A stretch of 32,775 nucleotides of DNA from Octopus sinensis (taxonomy: Eukaryota): NCBI RefSeq assembly GCF_006345805.1, contig NW_021832746.1, forward strand, positions 1 through 32,775, in the 5' to 3' direction. Positions 1 through 9,934 of this stretch are shown one piece after another; position 1 is the first letter of the stretch, and every line of letters begins with the position of its first letter. The notes beneath the pieces were generated by a model. It was not told the DNA's origin. It was given only the letters and a program-made list of their open reading frames with translations, and made no database searches. The translations under genes and the position numbers were made by a program.

Positions 1-352
1 TTCCACTGCGTGACACCTTGGGCTAGTGTCTTCTACTGTAGCCTTGGGCCAACCAAAGCCTTGTGAGTGGATCTGGTAGACGGAAACTGAAAGGAGCCCA
101 TCGTATACGTGTATATATGAAAGAAGCCCATCGTATATGTGTTTGTGTGTCTGTGTTTGTCCCCCTAACATTGCTTGACAACCAATGCTTGTGTGTTTAC
201 ATCCCCATAACTTAGCGGTTCAGCAAAAGAGACCAATAGAATAAGTACTAGGCTTCCAAAGAATAAGTCCTGGGCTCGATCTGCTCGACTAAAGGCGGTG
301 CTCCAGCATGGCCGCAGTCAAATGACTGAAACAAGTAAAAGAGTAGAAGAGT
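1..352 (+). mobile_element. SINE family A (tRNA-derived, CORE-like), 5' end cut by the window edge
   Basis: Matches other A copies: CCTTGGGCTAGTGTCTTCT...GGAAACTGAAAG, internal TA/TG tract, tail GGCGGTGCTCCAGCATGGCCGCAGTCAAATGACTGAAACAAGTAAAAGAG. The AGCCCATCGTATA segment is tandemly duplicated. Confidence 0.9.
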
Positions 353-795
353 GTGGAACACATACATTTTACCATGAGTAAGTTGTTTGACAGAAATGCT
401 ACTCCCTTTTGACCCCTACTATAATGAGACATGTCACCATATACTTGTTACAATAACAATTTATATCAGAAACCATTAAAGGAGCCTCTATGCGATCATT
501 CAAACTGTGAGAAATAGCAGCCAAATTCCTGTACCCGTAACCCCACACATGTCTCAGTGAAACAAAAAGATAGGAGGGTCACAAGCAAAACGATTTTAGA
601 AATAGTTCCATTCAATCTGGATAAATGTGTGGCTAAGCTCATATTTCTATGAAACCAGGAAAAAATTGTATCATTGCTTTTATGTTGTCTTTCACATAAC
701 TTTGTTGAATAAGCGACACAATCCACGCCAACTTAGAAGCATTATAGGCCTCCATGCAAACTTATGCAATAGACCCTACAGTATTTATTTATTTA

Positions 796-1160
796 TGGTA
801 AGCTTGCTAACCAACCACATGGTTCCAGGTTCAGTCCCACTGCGTGGCATCTTGGGCAAGTGTCTTCTGCTATAGCCCCGGGCTGACCAATGCCTTGTGA
901 GTGGATTTGGTAGACGGAAACTGAAAGAAGCCCATCGTATATATATGTATATATATATATATGTGTGTATGTGTTAGTCCCCCAAGCATTGCTTGACAAC
1001 CGATGGTGTGTTTACGTCCCCGTCACTTAGCGGTTCGGCAAAAGAGACCGATAAAATAAGTACTGAGCTTACAAAGAATAAGTCCCGGGGTCGATTTGCT
1101 TGACTAAAGGCGGTGCTCCGGCATGGCCACAGTCAAATGACTGAAACAAGTAAAAGAGTA
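796..1160 (+). mobile_element. SINE family A, near full length
   Basis: Slightly truncated head, B-box-like GGTTCAGTCCC, CATCTTGGGCAAGTGTCTT (resembles the start of the CORE domain), internal (TA)n, standard A tail ending GTAAAAGAGTA. Confidence 0.9.
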
Positions 1161-1640
1161 CAGCAAACATAGAGCAGAAATGGGCCTCCAAACTCATAAG
1201 GGCCTCTGGGTAACTACCCAGTGTGCCAAGGCCTTATGATGGCTCTGTACACAAGTTTTGTCCCTCCTACAAGAACAAACTACATCACTGATGCTAAAAA
1301 GCACAGTACCTTTATAGTCTACAGACATGTGGTTAAAAAGCACTAATATCTTCTTCAAACTATTTCCTTACAAAGTGATTCTCAAACTGTGTGTTGCTAA
1401 GGATACCTAGTTGTGTCACACACATTTTCCAATATATTATTTATGATTTTAGAAAAATCCTAACTCATACTTGTACATCTTAAAATATATGTTGTCATAC
1501 ACAAATCTGATTATCCCCATACACTCTTGCGCCCATACACACACCTACACACTTAGTCACTTGGACCCCACTCACTTCTACTCAGCTTGCATGTCCAGTA
1601 AGTTCACCATCATCAAGACACTGTTTCCTTTCAATGAAAG

Positions 1641-1785
1641 GCGTAGGAATGGCTGTGTGGTAAGTAGCTTGCTTACAAACCACATGTCTTCTACTATAGC
1701 CTCAGGCCAACCAAAGCCTTGTGAGTGGATTTGGTAGACGGAAACTGAAAGAAGCCCGTCGTATATATATATATATATATATATA
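1641..1785 (+). mobile_element. SINE A 5' half, internally deleted, ending in (TA)n
   Basis: GCGTAGGAATGGCTGTGTGGTAAG head; B-box segment deleted; stops at the internal TA tract. Confidence 0.8.
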
Positions 1786-1995
1786 GTTAATCCAAACATG
1801 AAAACACAAAGAGAAAACACAACAACACGAGGATGTGGAACAAGTATAGTGTTATTGGAAGCTCAGGAAAAGAAAGAAAGAAGGAGGATTTGACGTTTCG
1901 AGCGAAGTTCTTTGTCAGAAACATAGGAAAAGGAAAGGTCCAAAGAAGGGAAGACGGAGGAAAAAAATCACCAACAGTACACACGCGGTCACATT
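1786..1995 (-). mobile_element. Penelope-like non-autonomous repeat fragment adjoining (TA)n
   Basis: Carries a minimal hammerhead-type motif and a purine-rich flank; similar layout at 10310-10440. The Penelope assignment is inferred from the motif. Confidence 0.5.
1887..1922 (-). ncRNA. Degenerate minimal type I hammerhead ribozyme motif
   Basis: Minus strand reads GTTT CTGACAA A GAACTTCGCTC GAAAC GTC AAAT: stem I GTTT/AAAT, core CUGACAA (G8 to A versus CUGANGA), short stem II, GAAAC, GUC site. Confidence 0.55.
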
Positions 1996-2319
1996 TTGAA
2001 TGTATGTATATATATATGTGTAGCCTTTGGTTGATTGACTTAATTTAATTTAATTAAGCTGGTTTGCCATTAAAAACACCGAAACAATGCATTGTCTAAA
2101 GATGAATTAGGGTAAATGTTTTTAAATTTTCCTTTAATTTCTGAATTACTACTACTTGGCGGTTTGAGTCCTGGCTGCTCTTTCTAGTGGGTCGAATGGC
2201 CTATTAAGGCCATTCCTCAATTGTTGTTGAATTTATATATAGTCTTTGACTATTTTCTCTTCTTCTCACTAGACCCTGGTGGTGATAAATTTCTATTGAA
2301 TTTTTTGCTACCCTATATT

Positions 2320-2582
2320 GATTAAATATATATATATATAGATATATATATATATATATATGATGTGTGTGTATATGTTTGTGTGTCTGTGTTTGTCCCT
2401 CAACATCGCTTGACAACCGATGCTGGTGTGTTTACGCCCCTGTAACTTAGCAGTTTGGCAAAAGAGACCAATAGAATAAGTACTAGGCTTACAACGAATA
2501 AGTCCTGGGGTTGATTTACCCGACTAAAGGCAGTGCTCCAGCATGGGCCACAGTCTAAATGACTGAAACCAGTAAAAGAGTA
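2320..2582 (+). mobile_element. SINE A 3' half starting in (TA)n
   Basis: TA/TG tract, then TGTGTCTGTGTTTGTCCC...GACTGAAACCAGTAAAAGAGTAA. Confidence 0.85.
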
Positions 2583-2605
2583 ATACAATAACTATTAATG
2601 GTGTG

Positions 2606-3028
2606 ATACTCTTTACTCTCTTTCACTCTTTTACTTGTTTCAGTCATTTGACTGTGGCCATGCTGGAGCACCGCCTTTAGTCGAGCAAATCGACCCCGGG
2701 ACTTATTCCTTGTAAGCCCAGTACTTATTCTATCAGTCTCTTTTGCCAAACCGCTAAGTGACGGGGACGTAAACACACCAGCATCGGTTGTCAAGAAATG
2801 CTAGGGGGACAAACACAGACACACAAACGCACACACGCACATATATATATATATACATACATACATATATACGACAGCTTCTTTCAGTTTCCGTCTACCA
2901 AATCCACTCACAAGGCTTGGTCGGCCCGAGGCTATAGTAAAGACACTTGCCCCAGGTGCCACGCAGTGAGACTGAACCCAGAACCATGTGGCTGGTAAGC
3001 AAGCTACTTACCACACAGCCACTCCTGC
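2606..3028 (-). mobile_element. SINE A, full length
   Basis: Reverse complement of the complete A sequence, from GCAGGAGTGGCTGTGTGGTAAG to the (GTAAA(A)GA)n-type tail. Confidence 0.92.
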
Positions 3029-3499
3029 TATACTATATATTTTCTCAGAAAACTTTCCCTGCGGTGAAATTTCTTCACTGTGAATTGATGGTAGTGAACT
3101 CTCCTGTGGTGAATTGACAGGAGTGAACTAACTTGTAATCCTCATCTTGTACCTTAAGGAGGCCACCTGGACACATCATCACCACTATTTATTTGTTTGC
3201 ATCTCATATTGATCATTTTCACCCTCTCTTCTAAATGTGAGTAACTACGTGGCTCTTCTATTAGAGGAACCTGCTCTACCCTATTTCCTCTTATACATTA
3301 ACTCCTCATATCCATGTATAAAGCCACTCCCCATTACCATGACCACCACCACCTTCAACACCTTGGGCTTTGTAGTTTTTGTGAGTTGCATGGGGATTTT
3401 ACTAGTGCCAGTGACATGAAAAAGGCACCGAGTACAAGCAGTCAAGTGGTTGGTGTTAGGAGAGGGCATCCACAAATATGCACAAACACACCATACATG

Positions 3500-3722
3500 T
3501 ACAAAGGGGTGCTTAAAAGTTCCTGGTTTGGGGTAAAAGATAAGTATGGGAGGATCAGTAAATTTTGGTTATATTCAGCATATTCCCCTCTCAGATTCAC
3601 ACACTTATTGCTGCAGCCCTTCAGTTTTTATAAACCCTGTAAAAGAACTCGGAAGACTGGGCCTCCAGCCAAGCCTTTCATGATAACCCTTAAAACCAGG
3701 AACTTATCAGCACCAACTTGTA
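3500..3722. mobile_element. Tc1/mariner-type MITE
   Basis: Left end TACAAAGGGGTGCTTAAAAGTTCCTGGTTT; reverse complement of right end TACAAGTTGGTGCTGATAAGTTCCTGGTTT; TA at both ends; no transposase. Confidence 0.75.
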
Positions 3723-3950
3723 TACAGTATGTCCATAAACTATCTTTGCAATTTATAGATATAGATATATAATGTCCTATTGAACATATACATAGGTACT
3801 CAATAGCCCTCACTGTATGTGAAAATTATAAGTAGACACTACATCTATACATACAATATATTAGTGAATAGAGGAAGAGATAAGAGCTGTACATACATGA
3901 TTCAATTTGGCTCAGGATTTCATCCACAACTGTGCACCCTCTACGATAAA

Positions 3951-4259
3951 ACGTCACCCTTTTCAAGCCTAGCCAGGCTCATGGGCCTGGTTTCCCAGTT
4001 TCTGTGGCATATGTGTTCCCCCCAGCTGGACAGGACGCCAGTCCATTGCAGCGTTACTCAAGAAACAGGAAGAGAGAGTGATAGAAAGTTGTGGCGAAAG
4101 AGTACAACAGGGGTTGCCACTCATCCCCCTGCCGGAGCCTCGTGGAGCTTTTAGGTGTTTTCGCTCAATAAACACACAAAACGCCTGGTTTGGGAATTGA
4201 AACCACAATCCTCTGACTGCGAGTCTGCTGCCCTAATCACTGGGCCATTGCACCTCCAC
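3951..4259 (-). mobile_element. SINE family C (tRNA head), tail type 1
   Basis: Head GGAGGTGCAATGGCCCAGTGATTAGGGCAGCAGACTCGC...GGTTTCAATTCCC and shared C body, then GCAATGGACTGGCGTCCTGTCCAGCTGGGG...GGCTAGGCTTGAAAAGGGTG. Confidence 0.85.
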
Positions 4260-4495
4260 TCAACTATCCACAAATACACTACTTATAAACACCAAAGAGC
4301 AGGGTGTTATCAAATAATTATCCCAAGAGCATGAAAAGACTATACTAAATTACTTATTGACTAATATGATAGGCCTCTTGATAAGGACAGATTTTTGTAT
4401 TATTTGGAGCATTTATAATGTATCAATAAACTAAGTTTTTGTTTTTCCATTTGGTGCATAGACGTAAAGATTTTTCTTAGCTTGCTGCTGATGCT

Positions 4496-4888
4496 GTTGC
4501 TGTTGAGTGAAGCGGTCTTCATCCCACAGCTCGCAAGATCACGCCTCTGTAGTGGGATAAGTCCGAAACGCGGTCCTTTGCTATTCGTAACACCCGCAGA
4601 AGAGAAAGCAGGTCAACCCCTGACACCGAGAGCATCGATGGATGGATGAATGCGCATCCAGGCTCAGCGGTTGCGTAGGAAGTCGGGGACAAGAAACAGG
4701 AAGAAAGAGTGAGAGAAAGTAGGGGCGAAAGAGTACAACAGGAGTTTCCACCACCCCCTGCCGGAGCCTCATGGAGCTTTAGGTGTTTTCGCTCAATAAA
4801 CACACACAACGCCTTGTCTGGGGATTGAAACCATGATCCTCCGACTGCAAGTCCGCTACCCTAACCATTAGGCCATTGCGCTTCCACA
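4496..4888 (-). mobile_element. SINE family C, tail type 2, with TSD
   Basis: Same head/body as 3951-4259; different 3' region ending GAAGACCGCTTCACTCAACAGCAACAGC; flanked by GCTGCTGATGCT (4484-4495) and GCTACTGATGCT (4889-4900). Confidence 0.85.
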
Positions 4889-5104
4889 GCTACTGATGCT
4901 TTGTGAAGGTCTTTTGAGCTCTGTCGCCCATTCAAAATTCATTAAATACATGCATATGCTCACACTGACACACAAGCATAGCCAGTGAGCTATGCTGTGG
5001 CCATACTGGGGCACTGTCATCAAAACTATGTGAGGTTATGCAGTATTTGCAAAAGCACATAGAATTGATGGTGGTCTATCCTTGTCCAAGAAAAACAGTT
5101 CAGC

Positions 5105-5622
5105 AATTTCTAGCTGAACGACCTGCACAAATGATTTGCTTGAAGTGATCAAATGCATGTGCTGTGCATTAGCTCACACCTATTTCTTTACTACCCACAA
5201 GGGGCTACGCACAGAGAGGACAAACAAGGACAGACAAATGGATTAAGTCAATTATATCGACCCCAGTGTGTAACTGGTACTTATTTAATCGACCCCGAGA
5301 GTATGAAAGGCAAAGTCGACCTCGACAGAATTTGAACTCAGAATGTAGCAGCAGATGAAATACCACTAGGCATTTCGCTTGGCGTGCTAACGATTCTGTC
5401 AGCTTGCCGCCTTAGCTCACACCTGCCATCAAATTGACATTACCTGAACAGGTGCATGGTGTATCACAAGTCAGGTGTCAAAGTGATCGGAGAGCAGGGT
5501 GAGATAAAGTATTTCTCTCAAGAACACAGTGTACAGTCAGTTCCAGGAATTGACACGATGATCCCATGATTGTAGGTACAACACCCTAACCACAAGGCTG
5601 AGTGCCCTCACATGTGGAAGTA
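5105..5622 (-). mobile_element. Old diverged SINE with CORE-like head, interrupted by a B1 copy
   Basis: Reverse complement of a decayed head (TGTGAGGGCACTCAGCCTTGTGGTTAGGGTGTTG...CTTGAGAGAAATACTTTATCTC); the body resumes across the B1 TSD. Confidence 0.55.
5182..5411 (-). mobile_element. SINE B1, full length, 13-bp TSD
   Basis: Head GGCGGCAAGCTGACAGAATCGTTAGCACGCC, B-box GAGTTCAAATTC, tail CCCCTTGTGGGTAGTAAAGAAAT; TTAGCTCACACCT at 5169-5181 and 5412-5424. Confidence 0.92.
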
Positions 5623-5744
5623 GTTAGTGTTGAACTCACAACCATGAGATCGTAGGTTCAGTTTCAGGACTGAATGGTATGTTCTGTCCTTTTACAATGC
5701 ACCTCATTTCACACTGCACCAGTCTACTCAGCTGTAATGCATAC

Positions 5745-5864
5745 CAACTTGAATGCTGGTAGAATTATCTCTTCCTCCAGCTGTCACACCTTGGTTCTTT
5801 TGTTGATTCAAGAGTGAGAGAGCTGATACAGAGTTCATGCCCTGCCCACAACTAGATAAGGAAC
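5745..5864 (-). CDS. Candidate internal exon (120 nt, phase 1-1): GSLSSCGQGMNSVSALSLLNQQKNQGVTAGGRDNSTSIQV; product unknown
   Basis: Acceptor CTTTCTCTTGCTGTTTTAG|GT, donor GTTG|GTATGC, open frame, length a multiple of 3, mostly unique sequence. No family motif recognised. Confidence 0.25.
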
Positions 5865-6037
5865 CTAAAACAGCAAGAGAAAGCATGGTGTGTGTTAACA
5901 AGTCATACTTGCTGACCAGCAGGACTGGATTAAGACACATTGAGGCCCTAAGCACTTAAAAGAAACAAAACAGTAAGAGGGAAAATAATGTTTATTTTTG
6001 TATACTTCCACTTTATTTCTATTTGAAAAGTTTCCTC

Positions 6038-6135
6038 CTACTTTTTTTGAATTGCAAAGTCTTTGATTAGATCCTCAAAATTAATCTTAGGTAACGCATC
6101 TGCATCTATACTTAGTAGAGACAAAGGCATCCCAA
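6038..6135 (-). pseudogene. hAT-family transposase C-terminal remnant
   Basis: Translation LSLLSIDADALPKINFEDLIKDFAIQKK* resembles the L(S/A)LLSIE...I(D/N)F(E/D)D(I/L)IK(D/E)FA..K end of hAT/ZMYM-like dimerisation domains; the rest is missing. Confidence 0.55.
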
Positions 6136-6276
6136 ATATTATTTTAGCAAGTTTAAAGTAATTTCTTTTGTGTCGTAAACCATTTACTGTTTCTGTGGTG
6201 CCCATAAGCACATGCTTATTTTGCTTAGTGGTTAATCCAGCACTGCTGGCCAGCGATATCTGTACCATATTCATAC

Positions 6277-6512
6277 GGTAGGAGTGGCTGTGTGGTAAGT
6301 AGCTTGCTAACCAACCACATAGTTCCGGGTTCAGTCCCACTGTGTGGCATCTTGGGCAAGTGTCTTCTGCTGTAGCCCCAGGCCGACCAATGCCTTGTGA
6401 GTGGGATTTGGTAGACGGAAACTGAAAGAAGCCTGTCGTATATATGTAAATATATATGTGTGTGTTTATGTGTCTGTGTTTGTCCCCCTAGCATTGCTTG
6501 ACAACCAATGCT
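6277..6512 (+). mobile_element. SINE A, 3'-truncated, followed by a B2 tail remnant (to about 6595)
   Basis: Intact head, B-box and CORE-like part; breaks at GCTTGACAACCAATGCTG; then CTGGGGTTGATGTAATCACTAGCCCTGACCCCCAAAATTTCAGGC. Confidence 0.85.
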
Positions 6513-7254
6513 GCTAACGATTCTGCCCCAGTTGAATACTGGGGTTGATGTAATCACTAGCCCTGACCCCCAAAATTTCAGGCTTTATACCAATATTTAT
6601 GCTTCATAGCTGTTCCAAGAAGATATAGAACATAAATGTTCTTTTGATGTATAGTTCCATAAATCTAAATCTTGAAGTAAGTTGCATTTGCAGTTATTCT
6701 GTCCCTGTTGTTAGCCCTGCCCGTGTAGACGACTATTTCTAGCAGTTTAGGTGAATGCATAGGAGCTCCCCTCATTGTCTCTGCAAGAAAAAATATTGAC
6801 AGTATGGGCAGTAAGGATAAACAAGGGGCAATTTAAAGATTTGAGGCTACAATTTATTCATTTATTTATTTATTTATTAATTTATTTACTTATTTATGTA
6901 TACTGAGTGGAATTTAATGTTTGGAATATCTGGTAAAAAAAAAAAAAGCTTGGCAGTTTCCAGTACAAAGAATTGAAGAATTATAAAGGAGAAGAGAAAA
7001 ATAAAATGGAAGCAACCATTATCATGTGATAATAAAGAAGGATAAAGGAAGAATAGGAATATAAAAAGAAAAGAAGATTCAGGAAAAAAAAATAAATGTA
7101 TGAGAATTTTTTCTTTAAGATGAAGACAGTATGGGTGGAGGCGGGTGGAGGTGGAATCTAAGAAGAGGATAAAGAAGATGAGATAACCTTAAAAAAAAAA
7201 TTTAGCCATAACAGTGCAATAAGAGAGGGGACAAAGAAAGCAAAACAAACATAA

Positions 7255-7343
7255 ATAGATACTAAAGAGAAAGAAAGAAAGAAAGAAGAGAAAGGAGAAA
7301 GAAAGCGAGAGAGAGAGAGAGAGAGAAAGAAAGAAAAAAAGAA

Positions 7344-7384
<41 letters not shown>

Positions 7385-7395
7385 AAGAAAGGAAT
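7255..7395. repeat. (GA)n/(AAAG)n polypurine tract
   Basis: Directly visible; explains the F/L/S-rich ORFs at 7158-7470. Confidence 0.9.
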
Positions 7396-7840
7396 GGTAT
7401 GAAATGAAACATCAGAGTTGTGCATAGAATCTAGACAAAGACGAAGTAAAAAGACTAAAAATTTGTTCAAGTTTTTGTATCAAATTCAATCTAAAAACAT
7501 TAATGATAGCCTTCAGAATCAACAAACAATAGGTTTTGCATTATCAAGTGCTTATATATGGAAGGACATTTGCATAATAATTCAACAGCTCAAGAACTAA
7601 ATCTCTGACTATTGAATCCTGTGAAGAATAGCTTATTTGTGTAAATAAAACAATATATGGTAATTGCATAAAAGAAATAAGAAGGAAGTATGGGATTATG
7701 GAAGCCAGACTGTCTGACTGGATAAACTAAATAGAGATTGATTCGGTAATACTTATTTATGATTGGCGCTTGAGAATCCTTGCAGGCAATCTTGGACAAA
7801 AACAGTTAACAGAAGGGCTGCTTCCCATCACGAGCATTAC

Positions 7841-7953
7841 TGCTGCAGCCACCAGCATCAGCATCATTGCTCTGACTTATGTTCTGATGCTGCCTATTCT
7901 CCGCTACCAGCATTCCACCAGACCTTCTTTGCTGGTTTGCATGATAGCAAAGG
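7841..7953 (-). CDS. Candidate exon LCYHANQQRRSGGMLVAENRQHQNISQSNDADAGGCS (or a terminal exon running to TAA near 7806); product unknown
   Basis: Very strong acceptor GTAATTGATTTTTTTCTCTCTCAG|C at the GC-content step; GAT-GCT-GAT-GCT-GGT codon pattern; possible donor GCAGCA|GTAATG phase-compatible with 5864-5745. A plus-strand reading competes. Confidence 0.22.
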
Positions 7954-8135
7954 CTGAGAGAGAAAAAAATCAATTACTTCGCTCTCTGCTTCTAGATTTA
8001 TTCTTGTTTTCCTTCGAAAAGAACAAAAAAAAATTTTTCCTCTCCGTATGGAAGTTAGTTCAATCTTTAATTAATCTAGGCTGAAATTTTATTGCCTTGT
8101 TTACTTTGTTTATCTGTTTATCTGCTGTATTTTAG

Positions 8136-8307
8136 TTTGGATCAAGATTATACAAAGATGTTCAGACTCAATGGATTTGAAAGCATATCCTCCATCTGTA
8201 TATGCAACTGTTATAAAGCAGTATATATCATACCCCCATCTACAGCCTTGCCATCTTGCAAAGTGTAGAAACCTGTGCATATGTCTTTCCTTGCAAACAT
8301 GGTTCAG
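8136..8307 (+). CDS. Alternative candidate exon (172 nt, one frame open: WIKIIQRCSDSMDLKAYPPSVY...LQTWF); product unknown
   Basis: Acceptor TTATCTGCTGTATTTTAG|, donor TTCAG|GTGATT; phase-compatible with 7786-7934 and 8621-8680. Conflicts with the minus-strand model. Confidence 0.15.
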
Positions 8308-8726
8308 GTGATTATTTTTTTTCAATTCAATTTGGGATATTTTTATCAATTATCAATCGAGGCATTGAGTGTGTTAGAGCTTAATGCTCTTTACATAAAA
8401 CAGCAAAGATTTAGAGATGAAGCATGAATAGAAATAATTCTAACTAAATTGTCTTAGACTTATAATGTTCGGATATGAACCTGGACTGAAGTATTTTGCC
8501 AAACAGCACAATGTAATGATGCTACTTGTAACATTTCCGTGTCCGATATTCAATAGTCCAGAAATTCGACTTTCCATTTCCTGCCCCCCAAAATTCCCTT
8601 CATTCTTGTCCTATCACCAGATTTGGAACTAACAGGACCAGGAATTATAAGGATCAGTTTTCATTTCGATCTTTGATAAAGTAAAATACCAGGAATGTTT
8701 TGAGGTTGGTAAGGACTTTGAACATA

Positions 8727-9130
8727 TGGCTATGTGGTAAGTAGCTTGCTTACCAGCCACATGATTCCGGAGTCAGTCCCACTGCGTGGCATCTTGGGCA
8801 AGTGTCTTCTGCTATAGCCCCGGGCCGACCAATGCCTTGTGAATGGATTTGGTAGATAGAAACTGAAAGAAGCCTGTCGTATATATGTATATATATATAT
8901 ATATGCATGTGTGTGTGTTTGTGTGTCTGTGTTTGTCCCCCTAGCATTGCTTGACAACCGATGCTGGTGTGTTTACGTCCCTGTCATTTAGCGGTTCGGC
9001 AAAAGTGACCGAGAGAATAAGTACTAGGCTTACAAAGAATAAGTCCTGGGGTCGATTTGCTCGACTAAAGGCGGTGCTCCAGCATGGCCGCAGTCAAATG
9101 ACTAAAACAAGTAAAAGAGAGTAAAAGAGT
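8727..9130 (+). mobile_element. SINE A, near full length
   Basis: TGGCTATGTGGTAAG head through the GTAAAAGAGAGTAAAAGAGT tail. Confidence 0.92.
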
Positions 9131-9578
9131 ATATTATGAAATAAAATTATTTCCTTCCTTCTGTCCTTGGTTGCTTATTCCTTAATGAGATATAGGGGTG
9201 GAATCATAACATAGGACGTGTCATGGGCATTTTAAACACCTTGTGGAGCATGTACTTTACAATGTCGGAATGCATCCAGTTTCTTTCAGAGAGAAAGAGA
9301 AAAAAGAGAAAGTGTGATACTGCAAGAGAGAGACAGAGAGAGAGGGGGAAGGGAGGGAGGAGGAAGATCTCATTATAGAACTGATGCATTGTTCAATGAC
9401 CTCCCAAAGAAGGAAAACCAAAGTTGACCTTGACAGGATCTGAGCAAATATTGCAAAGTAGCCTGTCCAGTGTTTTAATGATTCAGCCAAGTCACCAACA
9501 CATCACGTAATAAAAAATACCCCTGAAAATATGCATTAGTAATGTGGGGAGATGTTAAAGTAAGTGCTGTAATATACT

Positions 9579-9791
9579 CTTTACTACTCTAGGCACAAGG
9601 CCCGAAATTGTGGTGGATGGGCCAGTCGATAAGATTGATCCCAGCATGCAACTGGTACTTAATTTATCGACCTCCGAAAGGATGAAAGGCAAAGTCGACC
9701 TTGGCGGAATTTGAACTCAGAACGTAAAGACCGATGAAATACTGCTAAGCATTTCACCTGGTGTGCTAACGTTTTTGCCAACTCACCGCCT
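9579..9791 (-). mobile_element. SINE B2, full length, 18-bp TSD
   Basis: B head and centre, B2 tail (CAATTTCGGGCCTTGTGCCTAGAGTAGTAAAG); TAAGTGCTGTAATATACT at 9561-9578 and 9792-9809. Confidence 0.9.
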
Positions 9792-9934
9792 TAAGTGCTG
9801 TAATATACTAGTAATAGATATACATGTACCACTATTGTATTATATATGCTCCGGTTTAATATGTAATAATATGTACTGTTATTGGGTTATACATATATGT
9901 GCCATTATTGTTGTATATTACCTTCTTCATCGTC

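Noticed and set aside
1181-1247. Possible DNA-transposon terminus
   Set aside because: I found no partner end or TSD in the window, so it cannot be supported.
3314-3772. 152-aa ORF
   Set aside because: Chance fusion across an old RTE-tail remnant and the mariner-type MITE; no transposase motif.
6600-6790. Exons suggested by good splice signals on both strands
   Set aside because: Candidate frames hit stops or lack a matching donor; such signals are common in AT-rich DNA.
8540-8625. P-loop-like peptide KGILGAGNGKS on the minus strand
   Set aside because: Spacing does not fit GxxxxGK[ST] and the frame is short.
8730-8957. Recurrent ORFs beginning MSSNARGTNTDT or MLGGQTQTHKH (also 793, 2798, 16252, 25013, 31278)
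   Set aside because: They are antisense frames of SINE A copies, not a gene family.
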